A DNA stretch of 64,000 bases from Paraphysomonas bandaiensis. Its lineage: Eukaryota; Protista; Chrysophyceae. Location: assembly GCA_965644295.1 (NCBI GenBank), contig CBFFRP010000314.1, forward strand, positions 62,001-126,000, written 5' to 3'. A model generated the notes under the pieces. The model searched no databases. It saw only the letters and a list, made by a program, of their open reading frames with translations, and was not told where the DNA came from. The position numbers were made by a program, and so were the translations under genes. Shown here one piece after another: positions 25,032-35,972 of this stretch. Every line of letters begins with the position of its first letter. The first letter of the stretch is position 1.

Positions 25032-28000
25032 ATGGAGCAAGGGAATGAAGGCGATGAGATTATTCTCTTGGCGCTGCGTCAGATAGAGTGGTAGGTGGAT
25101 GATGAGTTGCTGTGTGTCTGCATACGTATGTATGTATATATCCTCATACACATCTCGTGTTTCTGTGTAATGTCTGCAGCTCACTTGGCGATGATATCAA
25201 ATCGATCGGTCAACTGGGTCCGGACTCTCTAGTGGAGATATTTGCGAGATCTCTGTGGCTGATAAGTCAGGGAGAGATAAAGGTGCTGCTGCTCCTGCTG
25301 TCTGCCTCTGATATTATAATCATACTAATCGAACCCTTAATGGCAGTTTCCAGTTTCTCTTCCGCCGAACATCGCATCGAAACACCGAATATGTACAGAT
25401 ATGGCTGCGAAAATCAAGGAGCTGGGGTTCACTGGTGACTGCGGATATAATCAGATTTTGTATCCAACTGAATCTCATACTCGCTCATTGCTAAACTGGC
25501 TTGTGCAAAAGCTCCCAAGATCAGATGTACGCTATTGCTCATTTCTTAAGTGCTGTAGTCTTGTATTATAGCTGACATGAAGTATTTTTTATCAAATATC
25601 ATCGTCGTGTGCGACGTAACTGGCATATTTGTGTAGGACACTGGCGCCGAAGCAGTGTTAGGTGGCAATGCACTCCTAAACAAGCGCATCATGGACTCCG
25701 TGGCGAGATGGAAGTCACTTCCGTGGCGCATTCACTGCTGTGCATCCCCGTATGCCTTGCAAAATTACTACCTCGCCCGGCCTGCCACCACGTCACCGCG
25801 CATGCACGACGGAATTCTGGCAGTCTGTCAAACAACTTCGCAAACACACCAGTCGATCAGTACATCAGTATTTGAGCGGCATGCGGCGGCGCTCGTGCGA
25901 GATCAGGAATATGCTGCGAGGCTTGAAAGTGACTTTGCGGACGAAGACGCGAATAGCACTGGAAAACACATTGTACATTCTGCTTTCGCCGGTGTTAAGG
26001 GGAGTAATTTCAGTACCGTGGCTACGACGCGGACAGTAGGCAACGCAACCTCGGACTCCCGGGAAGCTGAACTAATGGGGAAAAGCTTGGTGGAGATTAT
26101 TTCAGGAATCAGTGCAGAAAAAGATGACAGCGGTATGTTTTGTGTGATTTACTATGCAGATAGTATACAGTTGTTCCATGTAATTAGAGGGAGTAAAATA
26201 TGTCCAGTACACTGTAACAATGCATACAGTTGCAACGGCTACATACGTGATATACGAATGAATATTGGTCGTTGTTCGTGTAAATGCTTGCGTAGAATTG
26301 TGTGGATCTGTTTCTCGTTATATCTGTTCACAATTCGTCCACAGATTCCCCAAAGAAGCAAGGGCGTGGAACTAGATTTACTCATTCTACTGGTACGACA
26401 TCAATCCGATTATTGTATCTCTTATGTTGATTGTTCAGAGTTTGCCCAAGAAAATACGGCATCATTACTGGTTTCGTCCGGAGAAAATAGTGTTGGTAAA
26501 GGTGAGATGCTTGCAACGATACACTGTTTTCAATGCTCGTTTTTATACCGCCGTCATCGCAGCTCCGTCCTCCACTCAAAGTGTAGTGGGCACCCCTAAA
26601 CCCAATGACAGATCTGCTGCTTCTGATGTGCCGACTAGTGTCAGTGGTCCGGATGGTAGCCTCACAGATCTGGCAAAGGCACGGATCGAACAGCGTAAGG
26701 CACAACAGGAAGAGGAAGAAAAACAACTGTGAGTATGATGCACCTTTGTGGTAGCATGATAATTAGTTAGATTAATGATTATCGTGATGTCGTTTATTAA
26801 CTGACAAGAGTGTACACTATATAAATGTTACAACAATGTGATCGTTGCGTCATAGTTTACGAGAAATCGAGGACGCTCGTGAAGCTGCGCAAACGGCAGA
26901 GGCGGCGGGTACGTAGGCGTATCTGCTTTGGTGTATTTCTATTTTTTGTGTCTACCTTCATTACCTACTTGGATTGTAATTATGGTGGACATAGTTGAGG
27001 AGCATGAAAGAGTACAAAACAACACCTCGTCCAAAACCAGACAACTGGAGAACGAGGTCAATACTGTCATTGATTTATCATGGATATATATGTATAATAT
27101 ATGTTGCGTTTCGTTCCACAGATACTTTCACTTCAGCAGGATGGAGACCGACTGGAGAGGGAAATTAAGTTGAAGCGTAAAACCTTAGAGATGCTCCCCT
27201 CTGCCGCAGATAACATAGGTATGTGTGACTGAATAAGTGTCTCAGTTGTAAAATACTTGACAATGATGTTTTGCATCCTTTCGAAGTTTAGGCTGTGGTA
27301 TAGTTTGATACCATAATGCATGTTTTGATATATGATTAGCTACATTTATTATTCCAGTGTACAATATTTGGTTTGCATTGTTTGAAATGTAGCGCACAGG
27401 GAAGCTGCAGACTATATGTGCCAATAGCGCAAAGAGGTTGATGCAGCTGGCTCAGGAATGGGAGAGTCACCGGAGGCCACTGGTGGATAAGCTTAGAGAT
27501 TTAAAAAGTAGTAAAACCAGGGTAAGTTATTGCCTATATGCTACTGATGCGCAATAAATTGTTCCGTGACATGGAAGTATAAGATTATTATATACTGTGT
27601 TGTGCAATGTGTCTATCTTTTTGCAATGCTCTGGTGTGTACTGACTTGTGTATGGCTGTTGAATAGAGGCGTGCCAAATGCAGAACAATGGTGGAGGATA
27701 TGAAAAGGTGAGTGTTTAATTCAGCACAGCTGACTCGCCGAAATCTACAGTTGAACATTAATATATGAATGTGTCATATGGACAAGTGTTTTGTGGCGGG
27801 TGTCAACTAATATTCATCTCTGTGCACTATAGATGCCGAGAGGAAATGGTTGCCATGGTGCAGGATCTAAAAGATAAGCAAGAGAAATCCCAGCATCTGG
27901 CGGAAGAAGTCAGCAAGTTGCCAAGAAATATTAACAGGTATTCAAAAACTGGGAATTCGCCCGTTTTTGTGTCTAGGCATTACTGACCGAAAAATTATTG

Positions 28001-28968
28001 CAGGACACTTTACACCTATCGGATCATGGATATTATTGCTTCCATCGGTAAGTGGCCCGTACACACAATTGAAGTTAATTCCTCACTGACGTGAGGGGCA
28101 ACCAGCGTGTGTACTACCAAACTTATACTAAAGACTACTATACAGGAAAGCAAAATAAGGAGATTGCCAAGATAACTGCCGATATACGTGAAGTGCAAAA
28201 AACGATTAACTCGTAAGTACTCCTAATTGTCTAATGTGAATATTATTCGAGTGCTATATCCTAGCACAGTAGTCAACTTGTACTTACGCAGAGTGTATTA
28301 TATTTATAACTACTTTTTGATGTTGTGTTTATTGGTGCCCTGTCCCGTAGGAGCAATAATATTCTGACGAGAGCTGACGCTGTTGCTGAAGAGAGGATTT
28401 ACACGGTATGCTATATATGACGCACAGTATTGAATGACTGCAGTGTTAAGCTGCTTTGTATTGTAGTATGTATTTGTAGTTTGCTTTTCTGTGTGCATAT
28501 GTTGCTTGATATGAGTATTATTACATTTCGACCCTGTAATTTGGCCTGTATAGGCTGCGAATGGACCCCACAGAACACCTGCAATGGTAGAGGCTTATCG
28601 AAACCTCACCGCCTTAAGAGCAAAGTTTGAACTACTCGTCGAAACTGTAAGTCCCTCGGTCTAATTATAGCGATATATTTTTATACGTACTTTCAGATAA
28701 ACAAAATCGGGCAACTTGACAAGCAAGCCCGAGATCTCGAAACTAAGGTAAGGCTATGCTGCTATCATGTAGGGATCGTAGTGTTTGCATAGCAAATAGA
28801 TGTAAGTTCAGCACACTGTGAGCTTAAGTGCTGTTTCAGGTTGATCAAGAGGTTGCTCGTGTGTCTGCGAACAATTTCGATCGTATCCGAGCGGACTTGG
28901 AGGAGGTACAGAAGGATAACCAAAACATGATCGCACAGTTGAAGGCGCTGCGAGCTCGTGCACAGTAA
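25032..28968 (+). CDS. CCDC22: Coiled-coil domain protein 22 (CCC/Commander complex), multi-exon
   Basis: Spliced motifs EGDEIILLALRQ, GYNQILYP, LLNWLVQKLP, GTRFTHSTEFAQE, LAQEWESHRRPL, YTYRIMDII..I.KQ, NFDRIRADLEEVQKDN; stop TAA at 28966-28968. Confidence 0.85.
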
Positions 28969-29225
28969 CATATATTGCACTATTATTATAATTAGTGTGA
29001 TAAACTGAAGCTCGCGCCATGTGTGAAGTTCAGTAGAATACCATTACTCTAAGAAAATATTCAACTTCTCAAACGTTTGTATGACTACAATACACAATAC
29101 ATATTGAGGAAGCCACTTGCTTGGTGCTAAGAAACAGCTATTACTTACATATACAATAGCTTGTACTGAGACTGTTAAATATAGTTATAGTCGAAAGTAC
29201 GCCAATTCATAAACCACGACAGTGA

Positions 29226-30980
29226 CTATATTTCTTGACAATAACTGGGTATGAACCTGTACTGCGCCAGTAGATCAGATACTAGTTGTTGCCGCTCATT
29301 GATGTCAATGAATTTTCCATTGTAACATTTACGATTATATTTCTCAATCGTGCTAACATTAGCCCCACCCGCGCACCATACAGAATGCTCATTGTTAGCT
29401 TTTTCTTGCAAGTCAGAACACTCTTGATATTCCATCCCGACGCCTGTAATGAAGTCTGCAACATTGAAGGCGTTACATATATTCGTATACACTTGACTAA
29501 TCAAATTATACACCAAATGTCTCAATTTTTGACACGCCAAATCATTGCAACGTGCTCCAGAGTTCATTGTACAAGTTTTCTCTTCTTCTGACATTAGGGA
29601 CAAGTCTTCGTGAGTCCAGGACAGATTTAGTAAGAACTCTTTCAACCTCTCCTTGTACAATGACTCAATTTCCTGTGTTCTCCTCACTACTTGATTGAGG
29701 TACTTCATCACGATTCTGTAAGCGGCGCATATCCACCTAGTTTTAATTTCAGTACTCGTGCATATATTATTAGTAGCGCTCCCATCCATGTTACGCTCTG
29801 ATAGGCCTGCCACAAAAATGCCACTAGTATTCATAGTATGAGGTGCATAGAACACAGAGCGGCGAAGGTTGCCTATTTTACGGGACAAGCGGACAGCTTC
29901 TAACCTTGCAGGACAATATAATGCTTCATAATTATCCAAACAAAGAAATTGAGTAGCAGTACAGCGCAAAAGTTTGTCATATGTCAAACCAACAGATCCC
30001 GATAGCAAGGACACAGTAAATGACAGAGATACATTTAGGAATGGCCAGGTATCACGGCGAGTATGGGTTCCTTTCGTATTTGAAATAAATGATCGATGGG
30101 TAGACGTTGCATGAGGGAATCCTCTCGGTACATACAGAATATCACCTTCATCAAGGCGCAAATCCAACAACATGTCACCTACTTCTTCGAGATACAGGAT
30201 ATCTCCATTTTTACCACGATCAGGCATACCGATATCTTCTAAAGGGTGAATAATAGCTTCTGTAGGCTCAAACACTCGCCATAACTTGGAGCCCTCCATC
30301 TGAATGATGAAAGAGTCCATTTTATCTGTATGCAGAGGAGCTGAGACATCCTGCCCTGCGCGAGTGGTATACATGTTCACGCCCACGAAAGGTACACCGA
30401 ACGCATTTGAGAAAGCTCGCGATATCGACGCTGGGACAGGATGAAGACACTCCGCTGAGTCCACCACCAGTGTACGCCCCTCCTCCAGCATTCCAATACA
30501 TAGCTCATCATGAGACACACTAGAAGAAAACAGAGACTTGAGTGAGCTATCTGCCATAAAGGAGTGCACTTCTCCTGCCCCCACTCGCTTATCAACCATA
30601 TGATTCTTAGGTCCAGACATGGATAAGTTCCCATCTTTAAAGAGACTTAGCTGATGATGAAAACTGAATCTGTGAGCGAAGAGTTCAGATGATACTTTGA
30701 AGGGCACTCTCTCCCATATAACACTCTTGAAGGTTGAACTTGAAGACAAGGAACGAAGAAACGTGTGGTAATCTGACCAATCAGAGGGCCCTGTTGACTC
30801 AATGAAGGATCTCACTTCATATTCGAGTGATTCTATGGCCTTTTTGTGCTTGAGGGGCCCTATAAAGTGAAGGGGAGGAGATGGACGGGGTGGATAAGGT
30901 GGGTGGGGCTGATGGGGTGGATGGGGTTCAGAGTACTGAGCTGTCACAGCAGCAAACAGTATGAGGTAATAATACATCAT
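29226..30980 (-). CDS. JmjC/cupin-4 2OG oxygenase (NO66/MINA ribosomal oxygenase-like) with predicted signal peptide
   Basis: VGVNMYTT, APLHTD (HxD), FIIQMEGSKLWRV, LDEGDILYVPRGFPH; hydrophobic N-terminus followed by a Pro/His-rich linker. Confidence 0.85.
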   Translation of the reverse strand: MMYYYLILFAAVTAQYSEPHPPHQPHPPYPPRPSPPLHFIGPLKHKKAIESLEYEVRSFIESTGPSDWSDYHTFLRSLSSSSTFKSVIWERVPFKVSSELFAHRFSFHHQLSLFKDGNLSMSGPKNHMVDKRVGAGEVHSFMADSSLKSLFSSSVSHDELCIGMLEEGRTLVVDSAECLHPVPASISRAFSNAFGVPFVGVNMYTTRAGQDVSAPLHTDKMDSFIIQMEGSKLWRVFEPTEAIIHPLEDIGMPDRGKNGDILYLEEVGDMLLDLRLDEGDILYVPRGFPHATSTHRSFISNTKGTHTRRDTWPFLNVSLSFTVSLLSGSVGLTYDKLLRCTATQFLCLDNYEALYCPARLEAVRLSRKIGNLRRSVFYAPHTMNTSGIFVAGLSERNMDGSATNNICTSTEIKTRWICAAYRIVMKYLNQVVRRTQEIESLYKERLKEFLLNLSWTHEDLSLMSEEEKTCTMNSGARCNDLACQKLRHLVYNLISQVYTNICNAFNVADFITGVGMEYQECSDLQEKANNEHSVWCAGGANVSTIEKYNRKCYNGKFIDINERQQLVSDLLAQYRFIPSYCQEI

Positions 30981-31936
30981 GACAGTATCGTGTGTAAGTT
31001 AAGTTCCACTGTCTGCCTGTGTGCTGATTGGAGGCCACCTCACTTCGAAGATGAAGTTGTTCGATGATAAAATCATTTCAAAAAACATTCGCCAATAGTA
31101 TACTCTCATTAATGAAAGGAAGTATTTCATTGGATAGATTAATATCAGTCACTGTATATCTAGATGCCGCCGACAGAGACGCAACCAACGTGTGTATTCA
31201 TGAGCTGTCTTCGAACACTGTTGCAGGTGTAGAGGTGTATCGCTGTTGTGCGAACGCGTAATGAGAGTGATCGTCCACTTTGATTCATGCACGATATGGC
31301 TGCCGCAACATCATCGATTTTTATGGTAGATTTAATACATGCATAGCGTGTTACGACTGACGGACCATTAGCCATGCCAATTCAACACAAACGGCTACAT
31401 ATTCAGAATACAAGAAATGTCGAAGATGACTGCCCCTGTAGTGACCATGACACGTAAGAATGAAATATACTTATTTCTGCTTCTTTGTTGTAATATTAAG
31501 CATAAAAGATAAGTAACGTCAGTGTAAACAACACCCCATCGATTAAAAATTGTGATAAGCATTTCTCATCATTCATTGCAGTTTGGCATATTCATTGACC
31601 ACTCCTTCTCCCCTTAGCACTGACAAGGGATCCATTGCTATGTTGTAATAAGCTATATAGCTATACTGGATGTACTTAATTGTATTAAGTAGATATGTAA
31701 CATGAATCTATTGTTATGTTTGAATGTTTGTATTTGATGCTCTACAAGCCATTAATATGATGTGTGGTGTGAGCAAGAAACATAGACAGTCACAACGTGG
31801 AATCAATGGATACAAGAACTACAAGGCTTAACACTAATGTTAACATGATTTATTACTTTGGCTTGATATTTACGTATTTATTCCAAAATTATTTTGACTA
31901 GGTAATTCAACCAATCCGGTAGTGAATGTCTTATTC

Positions 31937-32359
31937 TTAGCACTAGGCGTTTTAGAGTTTAGAGTCATGACTTGACTCTGATATCCTACTATTTAACGAA
32001 AGCTGCTTGTGCGTCACCGCAAGCACCAAGGTGCAACCAATATCTTCCTATTACTCAAAGCAAACGCAGTGAGCAAGAAGAATGTTGATATATTTGACAT
32101 CTTTTGTGTCAGGATTTTTGAGTCCTTAAGGTAAACAGGCAGGATGCTTGACTTCAGCAGGCAGCCCAATACCCCGGATACCCTTCAGTTGGAACCATTA
32201 CCGAATGCCATTTTTATTTGTCAGGGCCCAAAGACGTCTTCATAATAGACACTTATTAGTGCTTGTATCACACAAGCATTTGGCTGTGAGTGGGCGGAAC
32301 AATCTGTTGGCTATATATCCACGAAAGGTGCAAGCCCGACTTTGTTGAGGGTTTCAACC
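31937..32359 (+). repeat. Dispersed repeat family X, long copy
   Basis: Co-linear blocks with 52174-52512 (minus strand), including ggatgcttgacttcagcaggca...taccccggatacccttcag and ttgttgagggt. Confidence 0.85.
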
Positions 32360-32611
32360 AATTTGTCCACGTTGAACGATATTTTTAGAACGTGTAAAAT
32401 GCCAAATAATTTATTAAATTATTGTTTTGTGAACTTCATTGAATTCATATAATGCCATACTTCACTATAGTATTCAACACAAACTGTTAAAATTCAAGAA
32501 ATGCAGAATGTAACTTATATTCATCCGTCACTCCTTCTTGTGTATATAACTGCCCCTATATATCTTTCTGCTTCTTTGCGATAACATTACGTAGTAGATG
32601 TCTGTTTATTT

Positions 32612-32752
32612 ACCAATAAGCGTTCAAGATTCAGAGCCAGATTAGTAGCTAAATGAACAAACTAGTCATGCTAGATAACTAGCTAAGCATCTACCATTTA
32701 CTATCTATTTAACGCTACGGGAACTGCTTGTACGTCGCCGCAAGCACCAAGT
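32612..32752 (+). repeat. Dispersed repeat family X, short copy nested inside another repeat
   Basis: caataagcgtt...ctatttaacgctacg...ctgcttgtacgtcgccgcaagcaccaag. The flanks (32470-32595 and 32758-32840) align with contiguous sequence at 31380-31590. Confidence 0.7.
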
Positions 32753-33373
32753 ATATAAGTATAAAAGATAAATAATCTTCGTGAGAACAACATTCACGCC
32801 GTTAAAATTGCCACAACCATCATTTAATGCAGTTTGCTACAGTGATTAATTGTACTTCAGTCAATTTTCATGGCTATAGATTCACCATATTTCAATTTAT
32901 ATATTTATTATATCTCTTCATAAAATACATTTATTCATGTTTAAGTACAGTATTCGACACAAATGGTTTTAAACCAAAAATCCTGAAACATAGCACTTAA
33001 TTATCCAAGAATCCTGAAATTTAATTATTTTGATTTTTCTCTTTGAGTGATAGTGAGTGTCTGCCCCTGCAGAGCCGACTGTGGATAATTAAAAATAATG
33101 ATTGAATAAGCCTGCTAAAAAAAGAAGAGTAAAGAAGCGTGAGGTTCAAATGCCCTCGGCTTCGTTAACTAACACGTTTACTTTATGGGGAAAATCAAGT
33201 AATCGTGCTGATGGTAGGTTTCGAACAGGCGCAATATGCATAATAAATGTAGTATCTGTTGTGTGGAGATTACACTACATATCAAAACACCACAAAGTCA
33301 TGCAGTCATATATGGAAACTTTCAAACGCAATCATAACACACAAATCTAGAGAAAAATGTATATCTACACAAC

Positions 33374-33644
33374 TATCATTCACTACGGTGCCATTCATGC
33401 GAAGACATCGCCGACAACCTATCCAGTAGCTGAAGGACACGTCCTGTCTTCTCATCCGCATACGACACCAGTCCACTTTCATCCTCATTTCTGCATCAAT
33501 GTATAAGTATCATCCACTACGGTGCCATTCTTGCGAAGACATCGCCGACAACCTATCCAGTAGCTGAAGGACACGTCCTGTCTTCTCATCCGCATACGAC
33601 ACCAGTCCACTTTCATCCTCATTTCTGCATCAATGTATAAGTAT
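33374..33644. repeat. Tandem duplication, 2 x ~134 bp, downstream of the kaptin-like gene
   Basis: cactacggtgccattc...caatgtataagtat occurs at 33381 and 33515, near-identical. Confidence 0.95.
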
Positions 33645-33680
33645 AGCTACCCACGAATAATATAAAAACCTACAAATCAC

Positions 33681-35519
33681 TTACTTTGTTTCAGTAAACA
33701 CGTGTAAACTCTTCGAGGTAACAACGATGAGCTGAGGGTGATTCAAGTAGAAGTCTTGATCAGCGCTACCATTAGGTCCTGTCTCACCAAGTAGTTGGCC
33801 GAATTCTATTTTCATGATGGGAAACGGGAGCTGGATATGACAAAGATCTTTGAAATGACAACATGTTGTGCTCCATTCCTCAGCATTATGAGAAGTCACT
33901 TGGTCAGCATTCCACACACCACATGCATCATCTGAAAATGATTCTTTTCCAACTAAAGAAACTACACGCACTAGACCACTCTCATACCCAATGATTACTT
34001 CATTGCATCCATCCCCTGTTACATCGGCAGCACACATGGCTAGAACCCCACCGGTGGATACCATCCCAGGAGACATGTCCTTGTTTTGTACTTCAGGCTG
34101 CTCTAGAAGCAATGCCTTCACTTCTACTCCACTTGGAGACGAAGAATAAGCAGAGTACTCAGCCGATAAAAGCGCCCCGGTACCATCAGCTAAACCCAGA
34201 AGCACACATGGAGAGGGATGGGCCGACCGCATCCACTGACATTCCTGTCCTTCTTGAGGTAAAGAGCGATTCGGTGCAACACAGTGAGAGGAATACTTCG
34301 AACGAAATAAACGACTATCCGAGCTCTCACGAGAATAAAATGATAAGCAAGAGATACTACCATCGAGGATATATGCGTGGGTGGATGGGGAACTGCGACA
34401 ATGCTGGGCATTTTCTTCTCTGTCCACACAGACTATGCTATCTTCGTATCCAGTAACATCGTTAGATGGGCGCCCAGATCGAAGTGGATGGTGGTTGTAT
34501 ATCTGAGACAGTGCATCCAGTAATACAGGTGTGGGGTCAGTTGAACTAAAAGACTCGTCTTCGGTAGGTGAAGCGCGACCCAAACTTGTCGAGCGTGTAC
34601 GCAGGGTTCGCTGATCAACCTCATCCGCTTTTATCGCTTCCGTTTCGTCATCATCTTCTTCATCTCCTTCTTCAATAGTGTACGATTGAATGGACATAGG
34701 GTCGAGAAGGTGTTCTCCCTGCAGGCTGTCGCAGGAGGAGGCTGCGAGATGATCTGCACTGGTTGTGCTGCACTCTTCTGAGAGCCGGGAACTAATTTCA
34801 AGAAAGCCACTGTCAGCAAGATCTTGTTGAGAACTTGAATCTGCTTGCGAACTCTGACGAATACTTTGAAAAGCCATTCGATCCCAATGGACTAATCCGT
34901 CTATTTGGCCTAACACACACTGCGACCCCCCACCGTCCCATTCTTCAACAAGAAAGCGTAACGGTAAGCTAGAAGATGATGATACGTTCAAACGGGAAGA
35001 AACCTTTGATCTCACTGCCTCTCGCTTCGCACACCGACGGAGATGACCAGTAATTTCCATCTCATATATGTGAAACATCTTGTCACTTCCCAGGGCACAC
35101 ATATACGACGCCCCTTCAAATATTATAGTTTGAATATCAACAACATTATAGTCAACAGCAAGATCTTGAAATTGAACTATTTCCACACCCTCTGAGTCAG
35201 CGGACAGTACCAATGAGTACCCTGTTATATGTCCCCTGGAATCTGTGCATGACGGAGAAGGGACCTTCGACACGTATAGAAGACAATTCCCACCTGAGTA
35301 AAATCCGTACACACCTGATACGCGATACTCATACACACCACTCAACAGATTTATTTCACGGTAGCATATTTCGCCGTTAACTAAATCTGGCCAAGTGAGT
35401 TTATCGCTGAACGCCACAACGACACGGTCACTCCCATCAGGGAACCGCACACGCTTGGCAGCATTTATGTTGACACTGCCAGGAGACAGACTTCTAAAAT
35501 ATCGCTCCTCAAACTTCAT
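33681..35519 (-). CDS. KPTN: Kaptin-like (KICSTOR subunit) FG-GAP/beta-propeller protein
   Basis: 612-aa intronless ORF; ADVTGDGCNEVIIG repeat and C-terminal LIVVTSKSLHVF resemble kaptin; large acidic Ser-rich insert. Confidence 0.55.
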   Translation of the reverse strand: MKFEERYFRSLSPGSVNINAAKRVRFPDGSDRVVVAFSDKLTWPDLVNGEICYREINLLSGVYEYRVSGVYGFYSGGNCLLYVSKVPSPSCTDSRGHITGYSLVLSADSEGVEIVQFQDLAVDYNVVDIQTIIFEGASYMCALGSDKMFHIYEMEITGHLRRCAKREAVRSKVSSRLNVSSSSSLPLRFLVEEWDGGGSQCVLGQIDGLVHWDRMAFQSIRQSSQADSSSQQDLADSGFLEISSRLSEECSTTSADHLAASSCDSLQGEHLLDPMSIQSYTIEEGDEEDDDETEAIKADEVDQRTLRTRSTSLGRASPTEDESFSSTDPTPVLLDALSQIYNHHPLRSGRPSNDVTGYEDSIVCVDREENAQHCRSSPSTHAYILDGSISCLSFYSRESSDSRLFRSKYSSHCVAPNRSLPQEGQECQWMRSAHPSPCVLLGLADGTGALLSAEYSAYSSSPSGVEVKALLLEQPEVQNKDMSPGMVSTGGVLAMCAADVTGDGCNEVIIGYESGLVRVVSLVGKESFSDDACGVWNADQVTSHNAEEWSTTCCHFKDLCHIQLPFPIMKIEFGQLLGETGPNGSADQDFYLNHPQLIVVTSKSLHVFTETK

Positions 35520-35972
35520 TACATTAACAGAATTACCATTTCTCGGTTCTGGTGATGCGGATTGGATTGAGGTCTAAGTATGACATGGCTGCAAGTCACA
35601 GTCGCCTGATTCTGCACACTTCACCGCATCATCATGCCATGCATATCAGCTCAGCTCAGTCAATTAACCACACCAAGATATCAATACTACGGCCGCCCTA
35701 CGACTGGTATTTGGATACGTATTTTTATGGGGTGCAGGGGTGTGTTCCCTCGCCCTTCCGGAACATGTATCTCCGTTGTACGTACAGCCGGAATGCCTAC
35801 CAGCCACACATATCCCATATCTAAGTTCCCTTCTGCGTAGCGTACCGGTAAAACGTAGTACGTCGCACTCTGGTTTGTGTTCTTTTGTTGAAGGGCGCTA
35901 ATTTCGAACATTTATATAAAACGTCGAGAAGTTATACCACACAGTGCGGTCAGTGGCTAGAGTTTCAGGATA

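Noticed and set aside
33420-33580. Hammerhead ribozyme or SECIS in the 134-bp duplication
   Set aside because: The core CUGANGA/GAAA arrangement is missing (CTGAAGG only), and the upstream ORF has no in-frame UGA.
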